Shown here: positions 1-13,700 of the stretch, piece after piece
Layout of the letters: each line of letters opens with the position of its first letter
Position numbering within the stretch: position 1 is the first letter of the stretch
Origin: Oculina patagonica
Taxonomy: Eukaryota
Length of the DNA: 64,000 nt
NCBI RefSeq assembly: GCF_052425735.1
Contig: NC_135761.1
Location: forward strand, 17,236,001-17,300,000
Direction of reading: 5' to 3'
The notes under the pieces: model-generated
Database searches by the model: none
What the model saw: only the letters and a program-made list of their open reading frames with translations
What the model was told of the DNA's origin: nothing
Translations under genes and position numbers: made by a program

Positions 1-1749
1 TTTTTCTTGCCGGATTTGGTAAATTTGGTACTGTCGGTAACTCGACTGCTCGTAGCAGACAAAAACAACAGACTAATTTATAAGGAATCAAACCGTTTCA
101 GATTTACAGATACAAAGTTTTAAAACAGTTGACATCATCTGTTGATGACAATTGGCTTTCACTTAGTATGCATGAAATGTTATCATGCTTATTTAAACTC
201 GTGAAAGAAGAATTAGTTTATTTAAAATTTGAATTAGTATATTTGAAATTTGAGATCTGTGTTTTGTTGATTTTAAGTGTCCGTATATGGATTGGTTAGT
301 AAGTCAGTATGTAAGTAAATAAAACGTTAACTGGGCTGATGGAGAGAGTGATTCGTGACATAAAACTTGTCAGTTTGTGGGTGTTTGAAAAATTGCGTGT
401 CAGATCGAAGATGAAGGGTTTTCATGGTTAGCTGCACAGCGCTGTTTATCTCATCTGCTTTATGAATGCATTAATATTCTTGTCGGGTTGATTTTAGTTG
501 AAATATTCAAATTGCATTCATCTTTTTACATTTTAAATTTGCTGTTAGAAATAAAGACAAGATCACAAAAAATTATTTTAATGTGGTTGGCGTTGAAGAG
601 TAAAAGGAAACGTTATAAACAATAGTAACAGGCTTCAAGGATAACACGCGAAAAATGAAAAGATGGGAGTTAAGACGTCTAGTCAGTTACATAATCAAAC
701 AAAAATGATTTGGAACGTTCTAGTTTATTTCGTGTTTTGATTTTTCAGTTTTGGTATACACGATAACATAATATGGTCTTCGTTAAATTTGAATAATGAA
801 AATCCTGTTGTGTCGAAAACTGATCAAATCAAACGTGATATGATTCACGTTTGCGAAAGCTAGTTTGGCCTCCCTGCTGTTTTTAAGGTTTTTTGCAGAC
901 AAAGTCGTAATTTCTAGAGTGCGTTCGTAGACGTCGTTTGCTTCAAATACTGAATTAAATTTTTATCATGGGTCTGCGTGATCGATGAGAAAAAGTAAAT
1001 ATTTCGAATAACTTAGGATTACTAATTAATATGGAAATTTGTGATATTGAATGCGTTTCTTATATTTGTACCCTAGGCCTGCGAAAACAAATTAACCTCT
1101 TCTTGGGAGTTTTGGTTAAAATTGTGAAAGGTTATTAATGTTTTTCATCGGCCAAATTATTTTTTCTTAATTACAGCTTTCGTGGCAAACAAAAAGGCGT
1201 ATTCTCTGAAATTACCGCCGTGTTCGTTCTAATTAAGGTAGTATTTATAAATTATTTTAGATTGTCTAAGAGCTCATCTTGTTTTTACAATATATCGGCT
1301 GGTCTGATGTCTTCCACTGCGTGTGAAATATGATTTCCTGAGCATTACAGGAGTAATTAATTATAAATTACTTTTACTGCGTAAGGTAATTCATTTTTCG
1401 TTTAATTGTTTTTGCATTGGTCTGAGAAGTTTTGAAACTGTAGCTAGGCGATTAAAAGAAACATTATGGTATAGGCCAAGGCATATAGCGGTGTTTGCAA
1501 GCGGTTGCTATGGTTATTCGGACGTGATTGACACAATTTAAGGGCAAATGAACCACCATCACTTAGCATCCTAAAGCGTTCGTGAGTGGAAACGAAAAAT
1601 TTCCCTGCTCAAAACCGTTGGTATATTTAACCCCCAACAACCATAGCGGTTTGCAGATTTTATTTTCTGGCTTTCCTTACGTCAAATTTCCCTTGGATGA
1701 TTTTTTTTGGAAGGTATATTTAAAGAAAGACAACAGAGTAGCAAAAACA

Positions 1750-4700
1750 ATGGTCAAAACTAATTTCATCGCGACGTTGATGATCCTTCAAGGATTTCTC
1801 TTCCTATATGGTAAGCGAAACTTAATTTTTTTTAGAAATTTGTGTTTATTAAGTTGTTTGTTTCTGGTATATATCTATCGGTAAATTTGACGTTAAAACT
1901 AAGAAAAAATAAGTTTAAGATAAACATTGGCAAGTAAGAGCCTTCGGCGAAAGAAGGATTGGAGAAAATGTTAATCGAGGTCGTTTCACTGAATATACAT
2001 GCAGGCTGTAAGCAGCTGGTAAAAGCAAATTTTTTTTTTCAAGTTTCCTATTTTTCATTTTTATTTCAAGTTCGCGCACGATACTCACTGTGACATTCTT
2101 TCTAAAGACACGTATGGGTTTGGTTTTAATTTCTTTGTTTTGCAGTTTTGTTCTTTATAAATGGCCGACGCGCTATGATATCCCGCTAACTCAGCATTTT
2201 AAACAGGAGTTATTAATATTGTGTTTGTAATATCGTCTCAAAACACTTCGCGTGTCTGTTTAACACTAGAAGTGTATTGGATTGATCGGATCATTTCAAC
2301 ACACGTGCACGATTTAATCCAGCAATACCGTTATCCAAAATCCTGTTTCAAGTAACAACTTGCTAAGGTTACGAACTATGGTTAAATTTGATAATGACCT
2401 TGTAGACATTTATTTCATTGGGTCATCGGTGGCACCAAAGTGGTAAATTTATGATCGATCGACTATAAAACTGTTGCTTGGATGTGAGTTCTATAATTCT
2501 GCAGTCAAGAAACGATCGGAAATATAGTTTTGGGTCACGCATATCCTTACCGATTAATTTATGCTTCTATATCACGAAAATATAAATAGCCTTATTTCTG
2601 CATAAAGTCATGTTTATGAAATATCAAACAATATCTAGTCTGCTAAATCTGATCAACTTTATCCCTCATAAAATAAAACATCGTGTTCTTTCGCCGAGGT
2701 AGAAACATTGTTTCCATGACAACTGCGGCAAGTCGTGGTGTTTATGTCTGTTTACACGAGGTAACCAAGGAAAAATTAACAAATCGTGACCACTTCGATG
2801 CGCTTCTTCGGTTCACAAAAGAATCAATACGTTATTCATTCACGTACAAACGAAACAGCCCATGATGAGAGGGCGCTCTCGGCCACTTCAAACAGGCAGC
2901 GTTTCTATTTCATTTCGATGTCAGTCTTTAAATATATCATCGCTGGATTTAAATATATAACAAGATTCTCGAATTTGATTGGTCAACCGGCTGATCGGGT
3001 ATACATGAAGAACGATAGTTGCGCAACTGCATGGGTTTCCTTTCTCGTGGATCACGAAAAGAAACTTGACTAAATGTTTTTACAACGGGGAATGGGGCTT
3101 AAAATATCGTTCTTCTTTTCTCAAAATTAATTCAGTAATCTGCAGTCATATTCGTAACAAGTAAGTGTTTCGAACTCCCGCTAAATTGGCGTCCCTTTTA
3201 TTTTTCATTAATATGATCAGACCGAGTTGGACTCTGCAGCTGGCCTATTTCTGTTATGCTTAAAGGGACTGTCAGATACTCGCTATGAAACTCAATGTTT
3301 GCAAGGAAATTACTTCTATGGATCCAAATAACAAAACAATACATGTAGCTTCATTACAACCAAATTTGTCTCCCGGGCGTTAGAATTTAAAATTACAAGC
3401 AAACAAGATTAACTTTGAAAACTGTAACCCAACCATATTTATAAAACCCATATCGCAATCCGTTTCAATCTTCGTCAATTTTGGCAATCCGTATCTTCCT
3501 TTGTATTTGCTATGTTATTGAAATGTTCCTTCATTGTTATTTTTATATTTCAACGAATTTGATGGTCATTTCCCATACCTAAATTGAGCTAAAAATCTGT
3601 GACACAGTCCCTATAATATTGTACATGTGTAGTTGATCATCTTGTAAACAGAGAATGGAGAACAAGGCATGGATGTTTGAATAGGAGAGATTTCAAAACT
3701 GGCCTACTCGAGAAGAAAACTGATTAATTTTCTACCCTCCATATGCATAACATGCCATATTCAGTGATGTTTTTAAAAATACTGCAATTAAACAAAGTTG
3801 TCATCTTCAAAATCATCGATTTTTTGCATTTCTTATTCCAGTTTATTATTTCTTCTTATGCATTACACTAGATTGTGTCAAAGATAAGCAGATCAGTAGT
3901 TCGCAATCGTTTGGACGTACAGTCTGTTCATATTCCTCGTCTTTCATAAATCAAACAATCAATAAATATGGATCTGGATAAATTTTAATCAACAGAATGT
4001 GTCTTGAAACCCGAGACAAGGCACAACCATCATGTCAACGACGTTCGACGTGCGGGAAACGAAAAAATTGATTCGGGATTTCGAGAATTCGGGGAAAAAT
4101 TATTGCACTGTTCAGCTGAGGAAGGAAAAACAACTTTTCGTTCGAGTTAAAGGGATGTTAACGGGATTTTAACGGGATGTTCGAGAAATTCGGGATTCCA
4201 CTTTGTCTGCTTGAGACCACGCTGTTTCTATTGTCGCACTCTTTAGCGTGGAGCAGTTAACGAATGAATAAAGACCAGTGACTTGAGACCATTAACATTT
4301 TTCTTCCAAAACATGTATGAGCCATGGTGATTGGTCTGTTCCCTCATGAAACAATTAACTATAAATTCCGTGTGGTTTAGCAACTGAAAAATGACACAGC
4401 TCTCGTGTTGCACCTTCATTTATATAAAAATCAAATTACACGAGTTACTTAAGAAAAAAGAAAGAGTTTTTCGGTGCAATCAGGTTTTGCTAGCCTGCGT
4501 TGCAGACGAACAAAACTCCGGTTATATAACCGGGGTTTTGTTCGTCTGCAACGCAGGCTAGGTTTTGCACGCTCTCTGTATATTTTTTGCGTGTACGTGT
4601 TTTTGTACGCAGGTTATGTCTTTGCAGTTAATTAAAACTTTTCAGCTCACCAGTGAATACTTACTTATGCATATCCTACATGCGTCTGATAGCTTGCCTT

Positions 4701-7700
4701 TGAACGTAGTTTATTGTGCGGAAATAGAGGATTGTAGATTAAGTCGGTAAACAGAACTCAGTTCTGATCAATTAGTTGATTCTTCATGACACGCCTGCAG
4801 CAGACATGGAACGGAAATCGAATTTTTCCCCAATGGTCGTACAAATATTACACATTGCACAAAATAAACATGCCATTATAGANNNNNNNNNNNNNNNNNN
4901 NNNNNNNNNNNNNNNNNNNNNNNNNNNNNNNNNNNNNNNNNNNNNNNNNNNNNNNNNNNNNNNNNNNNNNNNNNNNNNNNNNNNNNNNNNNNNNNNNNNN
5001 NNNNNNNNNNNNNNNNATATTGGAATCGCTATTTCTTCGTTTCCTGACTGTATTTTTTCTATTTTTAGTTCAACCATGGTATTTCCCATACTCTTGCTCT
5101 TACGACAATGGTAACTACAACGTGTCTTGGACGTTTAATGAAACCTCAGACAGGTTATATTTTAAAGTGGAAGTAAACACTACTGGCTGGGTAGGCTTTG
5201 GTCTTGCCAATGAAGCCCCAACCAACATGACAGATTACGATGTTGCTGTTGGAGGAGTGTATGATAATGGGTCATGCTACTTGCAGGTAACACGTTTATG
5301 TGACAAATGTATCGGTTTCAGTTTCAGGGAGTCCTTAAACTATTAAGTACACACAAATATATGCAAAGTTTATTTGTCACCTTCACTTTTTTATCTTACA
5401 AACTTTTATCGTATAACCTTTCCTGGAGGACAAATGGTAAATTTTCTAGATAATTTGGTTTTTCAGGAAAGAGTTCTTTATACCCGAAGCAAGTCTAGAT
5501 CATGGCTGGGATTTCATTTATTAGAATGTATGGGTAGTCGTTCCCCCTTCCAACTTGATTTTAACACTCGGGCGTACATGCAAGGTCACACCCCAACGAC
5601 CGTACCGGGGTGAGGGTTGTCCCGCTGTTACAAGACACTAAACTTCCGAGTATGACGTCGTTGAATCCGCCATATTGGATCCACCATTATCTGACTCTTT
5701 TCACTCTTTTCTCATGACGTCAAACAAAACATGAATAGATACAAAATTATTTTAAAACAATAATGCTAAATCGGATAAATATCATAAGAAAGAAGAGATT
5801 TGTACTGAAAATGCGGAATTTTGGTAAACGTGCACGATTCATAAACGATTCTGAGTGGTTTTTTCCTTGTGTAAGTTAATTTATTTTAAGCTGCAAAAAT
5901 TCTTTTATCTTTTTCGACAAAATAAAATAGTTGTTGTTGTTGTGCAAGTCAAATGCAAAGGTAACATATCAAGAACCGTTTACAAAACAACTTTAACATC
6001 AAAAAGTCACCGAGGAATTAAAAACAGCTACTGAATGTCTTTACATCCCAAAGTAAAGTCAATTTTAAAAGTGTCAAAAAAACTCATAGGGGTTAGCATC
6101 CACAACCTTCCCCCAACTTTTATGTCCAAGGGTCAAGAATTTTGTGCGGCAGAACGGTAAGTATAGTATCAATTTTAATTTTCGTACCACCAAATTCATG
6201 TTCCCCGGAAATCGAACTCGTACCTCTTCCTCTCAATATGTTAAGTTTACTTTTTTGTCCTAAACTATTATTGGAATTAAATGAAGGACAACAAATTAGC
6301 TAACTATATTTTTGCCCTTTTCCATTTCTCTTTTTCTTGTTGTTTAGTTTTTGATATAATCATTGTAAATTTTGGAATGGAATAAATAAAAATAATGAAA
6401 AAAAATGAAAATGAAATCGAACTCGATAGCCTAATTTCAAATTTCAATTACTTTATTAGGATTATCTGACAATTGGTTGGAGGCAGCCACAGTTGGATCT
6501 TCAGCAGGACTGGAAATTGATCAATTGCAGTGAGGACAACGGTGTAACAACCTTATTTTTTTGTCGAGCAAAAAACACCAGTGACGAAAATGATACTGTG
6601 GTTGAGGTAACAATATAACCCTTCAAAATTTAACGTTATTCAGTTACCGTAAAAGCTTTATTAAGGGGGCTTGTTTCTTTTTAGGAGCTTTTGAGGTGGT
6701 ATGGGGCTTAATAGAGAGAGGGACCTATTAGAGACGGAGGAGGGGGGGGGGGGGCTTATAGCAAATCGTATATAAGTTGTTGGGGTACATATCAAAGAAA
6801 TAAAGCGACCTGTTTCATGTTTTAGTGATGTTCGATAACACATATTTACAAACATTATAGCAACTATAACAAGTAAATGTGGTAGAATGATTCTCTTAAA
6901 AGCTTCAAATTGTCTTGTTTCCTTGTTCATGAAGTTTCATGATTTATGATCTAGGAAGGGAAGGTGGGCGTCATAGAGATCTTGGCTTATAAAGACTGAA
7001 CATCGGGGGAGGGGATGGCTTTAGAGAGTGGGGGCTTCAAACGAGGAAGGCTTAGTAGAGCTTTTACATGAATGCTGTTTACTGTCAATCATAACAGAAG
7101 ACTACTATTTCGTTATTTTTGGTGACAGCTTGGTAAAATTCGCTCGCACATATCGGTGCTTTTTCGTCTTCTGCTCGCCAGCAGCTGAGACTATTAGGCA
7201 AATATTTTCCTTGGACGATGAAGGAAAGTCCATGGAAAATTCTCTCACTTTAATTCGTTCCTTCATTCCTTTAACTTGTTCTTCAATTCTCTTCTTTCAG
7301 GTTGTCAAAAGCTCGCCAATAACATCATTCTGCTTTCTTTACCAATTAGCGTCCTTACTCAATAGAACACAATGCGATAATTTTTGTGCGATAGTTTGGG
7401 ACATACAATTCATTGTTTATCTCTTGAAATTTTTCGTTGTCTTTTTTCTCGCTCTGATTACGGTATTGACGATGCTGACACTGTTTTTGCTACAGTTTCT
7501 ATCAGAAAATAAAGAAGCCATTTTGAGAATAATCGATAACTGAGCTGCTGTGTTATAAAAAGTAATGATCTAAGTCAGGGATAGGTGAACAATGAATACA
7601 TTGTATCAATTATGTTGTGCATTGGTTCCACAGGAAGGGAAGTCGATTTATATAATATGGGCCTATCATGATACAACTGATGTTACAGATATGTCGTTCC

Positions 7701-10700
7701 CCAAGCACACAGCTCGTGGTTATGACAACAAAACACTCTGTCCAGGTAAGATAGAAAAACCTTTATTAAATAGTACTTTACATTTAACATGGTCGGTAAA
7801 TTGGTGGTTGTGCAACTGTACATTATCACCCACTTTGTTTCAAATAATCGTCTTTAGCGCACTTCCAAATATGGAAAACTTCGTATATTGCAAGATATCT
7901 GTCATGTACAGATGATAGATAACAAGTAATTACTGGTAATCTATGGCATTGTGTCAGTTTGCTGACTAGTAAATATTTTACAAGTTATTTAGAGGGGAAC
8001 GTTTCTTGCACTATTAAACATGTCTAACTTAGTAATTTACCTTTGACTTTAGCTGAGACATCTACGTCGACTATAATTTCTCCCAGTCCAACGACCAGTA
8101 GTGTAAGCAGTCCAACAACCAGTAGTGTAAGCAGTTCAACGACCAGTAGTGTAAGCAGTCCAACGACCAGTAGTGTAAGCAGTCCAACGACCAGTAGTGT
8201 AAGCAGTCCAACAACCAGTAGTGTAAGCAGTCCAACAACCAGTAGTGTAAGCAGTCCAACAACCAGTAGTGTAAGCAGTTCAACGACCAGTAGTGTAGGA
8301 GGTGGGGTTTCTGCTACAACAACAGCAGCAGGTGGAGGAGGAGGAGGAGCATCTGTTACAACAACAGCAGCAGGCGGAGGAGGAGGTGGGGCATCTGTCA
8401 CAACAACAGCAGCAGGCGGAGGAGGAGGAGGTGGGGCATCTGTTACAACCACAGCAGCAGGCGGAGGAGGAGGAGGTGGGGCATCTGTTACAACCACAGC
8501 AGCAGGCGGAGGAGGAGGAGGTGGGGCATCTGTTACAACCACAGCAGCAGGCGGAGGAGGAGGAGCATCTGTTACAACAACAGCAGCAGGTGGAGGAGGA
8601 GGAGGTGGGGCATCTGTCACAACAACAGCAGCAGGCGGAGGAGGAGGAGGTGGTGGAATGTCTACTACAACTACCCAAACAACAGCCTCTTCAAGTAGCG
8701 TTGTTGTGAACAAAAAACCAGGTTGGTCTTTTTATTGAAAGGGTTTACATACAGTTGTAAAAGAAGAGTAGGCTTTTTTCAGTGGCAAGAAACTCATGAG
8801 TACTTGACGTAGGATAGGATTTGCTTGTCATACAATGATGAACTGTTAAACTTCCCTCCCTTTATTGGTACTTGGGATGATTAAAATAGCGCTGGTGTAC
8901 ATAAAAGGCTGGATTATCTCAACCAATAAGAGTAGAAAGGTTTCCTTATTGACCACTCAGTTTCTGAACCAAAACTAATAATGATATGCCTTGCCTCCAT
9001 TCTTGAATGATTCATTGTACTTTTTGTTGCCATGGTGGCTCTCGATCATTTTGACTGGTTTTAATTTGACGACCGCCATTAAATTTTAAACTGCTAGGCC
9101 ATCACGTGACCCACTTGTCACAACATTATAAGCTATAACTTAAAAATGCCAGAAATAGAAAGTTTCAGGCCCCTGGCATTAAAAAAATTGATTTTAGAAT
9201 GGTTTAAATTTTTGAAAAATTAAGGACATTTGTATGGAAAAAGTTGATGGAGGACAAACACATGCCCTCCAGCAACATTTTCCAAAAGCCAATCTTTATA
9301 TTTTCCAAATATTCAAACCGTTGTATAACCTTACTTTTTAGTACCAGAAGCCTCATCTTGGTCAAATTGCTATTTCTGACACGCTCTTTCTTTTTCTGGC
9401 ATTATCTAAAGGGACTATGTCACGGATTTTAACAGATTTTTGAACAGCCAAAATTTATATCTACCTTGATTTGATAAAAGGTGTCTTCCGAATTTTGACA
9501 CAACATTATAGTTCTCAAGCATATTTCGGCAAAGAGCGTTGAATGAGGGCTAGTTTTAGCTCGAGGTGATGTTAATTACTCTGATTTATGTCTTTTCGAA
9601 CCAAGAAGACTACATTTACGGCATTTTGTTCAGATCATGAATTCTACAATTTAATTAACTTGTTTACAACATGAAATACACCAACTGAAAACAAGCTTAA
9701 AAAGTGCTAGAGCGAGAGCTTAACTGAAGCTTTCTAAATGCATGCATAGTCTAAAATGAACTATCAAGAGGCGTTTTGCATCGACGTTCGCTTCATTTTC
9801 AAGGAAATCGAGATTAAAATAGCTAAATAATTCATGACTCAGCGAGACGATTCGTTCATATTTTATGTCACTTCACGGCCGGAAACCACGGCATATCGAA
9901 TTGCTCCTCGCTAACAAATCACATAACGCCCTCATCGCTAGCTTACACAAACGGCAAAAAATCATCAAATGAAGATAATTCTACTCACATAAGGGTTTGA
10001 ATTGATTTCCCCTCTACCATAAGTCGCGCTCCTTGTAATCTTCTTATCTTATTCTTAATACCCCGGATGTTGAAAAACTCGTTAACAAGGGAAGCAATAG
10101 CTCCGCACATTACAACACATTATTTCTAATTCTCCAGCCAAGGAAGAGTTCAAGCCAAATATCGCCATGATCGCCTTCAAATAAGCCCTAAAGTCTAGTT
10201 ACGAGTCCTAGTTGATGTGGCTGAAGACCTTTTCTGTCTAAAGCAAGCACAACGTTATCTGTACCTAGCAAAACGTACCGAGTCAAGAGTTCAACCCGTA
10301 AAGCTTTGTTCTAAGGTACAATAACAGCCGACGCAAAACTTGCAAATCGTTAGACTTTCACCTTCATAGGACTTAATGATGTCCTCAAGCAAACTTCCTT
10401 TAGACAGCAGAATGGAAAGCTAGATCACAACTGTTCTACGAGTACTCCGCGCCCCCGACTAGAATTCAAATGATAGAGAGGGGTTGGAGTTAGCTGGGCT
10501 AAACTAACCACAAGTAAATCTAGGGGGGAGGGGGGGGGGGGGCGAGAGACGGAGGAAGGGAAAAAAGTTAAATTGAAATCACTACATTAAACAGAGCAAC
10601 ATTTCATTGAAAGAAATCCGAACAATTCCCCATCCCCCCCTCTCCCCCCCCCCCAAAAAAAAAAAAAATGAAACCCCATACATTCCTTAACAGCCCGATT

Positions 10701-13700
10701 GCCACCTTTTTAAGCGATGGCGAAACATCGCTTTTATGCCATCGCACGATCGGTTCGTTTTGTCTGTTTGTTATAAAACAAGTTAGATATTTGTGTCGTT
10801 GGAAACTTAAAAATAATGGTCCATTTTTATTAAAAATTGCTATTTTAGAGCACTAAAACTGTTCAAAAGCGCATTTGACTGCGGATGGCTCGGATGGAAA
10901 TGGATTGAAATTTGAAAACGTTAGCCAACGTTTTCAAGTTGTTTCCGCGCGCCTTCAAAAAAAATCGATATTTATACACCATTTTAATAAGTCGAGACAC
11001 CATTTTGATTATTTAACTTTCCGCGAATGACGTTGTTAATGAAATATTCATCTGCGCCTCGACGTATTAAAATAAAGTATCTGCCATTGTAATAAGCCGA
11101 GGTGTCATTTTGAATATTTTATTAATGACGTCATTCGCGGAAAAATAAAATGTTAAAATGGTGTATAGGCAAAGTTGGATTTCGAATCCAATATAAAGGT
11201 TATATCTTCAGTTAAATGTTCAAAGATAATGTTTTTCATGGGTAAAGTTGCCTACAACTTATTTCAGAACAGTTTAGACTAAAAACCTGCGAATGCCCGT
11301 GACATAGTCCCTTTAAGTTATAGCCCATAATAAAAAAAATTGCAAAAAAAGTTTGGTCACGTGACCCCAACTGCAAAGGGACTATTGTTCCTATAAACGA
11401 ACAAGTAGTACAAGAGCTTGGATTTTGGCTGGACGTTCACAAAAAGAAATAGCTTAGAAAAAAAATTGAGGAAGAAGCAGTTTGCAAGCCAGTGCAATAT
11501 TGTAACCCCTTCACAGGTGTAGTTTGTATTTTGTGGACCAGACGTTGTCCAATAAGACAACATAATTCTAGCAAGAGCAAAAGATATTTGTTTTGTTTTG
11601 ATCTGACTTTCGAATGATGTTCTCTTTTCTTTATCAGGTCCAACGGTTACTTTAACCCTAAAGGTCACAATTGCTTGCAGTGGCAATGTGCAGACCTTAA
11701 ATGTCAGCTTGCAGATTGATGTAAGTAAATATAAAACACTTAACATGTCCAAATCAAAGGGAAGGAGGGTTCTCGCTGCACTGAGGGGTAGGATTTGAGT
11801 CTTTTTGGTATCAAAATGGGGTAAGGATTTTTTTAAGCCTTTTTCACAGGTCTGCAATATAGAGTATATAAATTTTGGGGTCAGTTCTGAGATAAGGAGT
11901 AGAGATAAAAAATCACTTATTTTGGTCTAAAATGAAGAAAAGGTTTCACGAAAGAAGGTCACACACTGTGTGACCCTCTTCCTTGAGTTTTTTTCTCTTC
12001 CTCGGGTTGGAAACCCAACAGATCTGTAAGGGAAGTACTCTCACCTTCAGGGCATAACGACACCATTACCATTCCGATTCATTAATCTATCATTTAGAAC
12101 GTTAACTCATGTTTTTACCATTAACGATATCATTTTACATTCTTGTTGCAAATCATAATGAAAAATACATACATGATGATCATTACAATCGCGGTAATTA
12201 AGAAAGAGATGAGCTGTGAATATCGAACAAGAGTTAATTGCGTTAAATGTACGTACGTGCACCCAACTGAAACTGTAACTGTCACAAATTATTAACTTTT
12301 ATTTTAGCTTTATAGCTAAAATAAATAGCTAAAATAAATAATATCATGCTATATTTCTACATATTTTAGCTTTAACACGTATTTTTTTTTCTCTTTTTCA
12401 GATCTTAGGGATTTATGTTAAAGCAGGATTTTCGGTAAAGTTTGTAAAAACCAAGAGCATTAGCTGCAATTCTCCCCTCAATATGGCATTAGATATGTCT
12501 TTTTACAGCCCGATTCCGGAAGGAAAAACCATTCAAGGGGTGTTCGAGGAAGCACTCAAGAACGGATCAATTCGCAATTTAACAACGAGCAACACAGAAG
12601 CCACCTTTACGTTTATTGGTAAGTAACGTATTTGTAGTAGTGGTTATAGTTGCGGATGGCTCACTTACATCACTAAAGGAGTGATGTTCCCTTGAGTGTC
12701 GAAAACATCTAAGTGATGGCGAAAACCACGCGCCACGTTTTCAATCTATCAGAAGTAAAACCAAAACCAAGCGTGACTCCCTCGCACACGTTTACACGCG
12801 CTTCGTGCCGGCTACCGGTATCTGATTCAAGTTTTTATTGGTTCACTTGTTTGTTTTTGGCCAGTGTGTTTTCTTCGGTTTTGGTTTTGCGACAGTTATT
12901 TGAAAATGCTCCCCAACATTGGCAGTATTTCGGCCAAACACATATTGTTTGTGCAAGTTGGTTTAAGCCATAATTGGAAAAATAGATCCCCCGGATAATC
13001 TCTTACGTGACTACGTGCAATCGGAATAAACGTCTTAAAAAAGTCTATTTATTACGTAAAACACTTGCTGTGGTGGAAATCACTCGTACTTTAAACTACA
13101 AACTTGACTTAACACTTGTTGCTTGCTTGTTTGTACGGGCAATAATTGAAACATAATATACATCTTATTAACCAGCCTCGGCCGCGGGCTGTTATGGGAA
13201 AATATCGGCCCTTCTTGGAGGGTAGCAAAGGTTTTATGGGTGACACGTGAAAAGGGCAAAAATTAGTCTGTCTTTGGCTTGTTTTCTTTCAGTACGGCTG
13301 AGCAAGCTTGGTTAAAAAGAAATACATTACACGATTTTATGATTAAAAAAGAGCTGCTAATTTAAAGATCTAAAAAGCTCTGTCTACCAACGCCAATTGT
13401 AGTGCCAATATTGAACCATGATTGGCTCTTTTAGTAATAAGTCCTTTCAGCTGTCTTAATCCTGCAATGAAAAACTACAGGGACCCAATAAACACAAGCA
13501 AACAAAGGAAAAAAACGAGTATACACCTCAGATAGATGTTTCCTGCATTTATGTTTTATCATGCTTTATCATGTTTAGGAGCCACTGTAAAATACAAGCC
13601 AAAAGCTGGGCAATGCAAACAGGTCTGCTGTGATGGAGCAGGTGGGGAAATGATTGTAGTCCCAGAATGCACTCCGGCGGATAAATGTGAAGGAATTTTG

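Noticed and set aside
8024-8713. Pro/Val-rich, Cys-rich and Gln/Glu-rich ORFs over the gene A stalk
   Set aside because: Alternative-frame and antisense shadows of the tandem repeat; only the Ser/Thr/Gly frame fits the splice phases.
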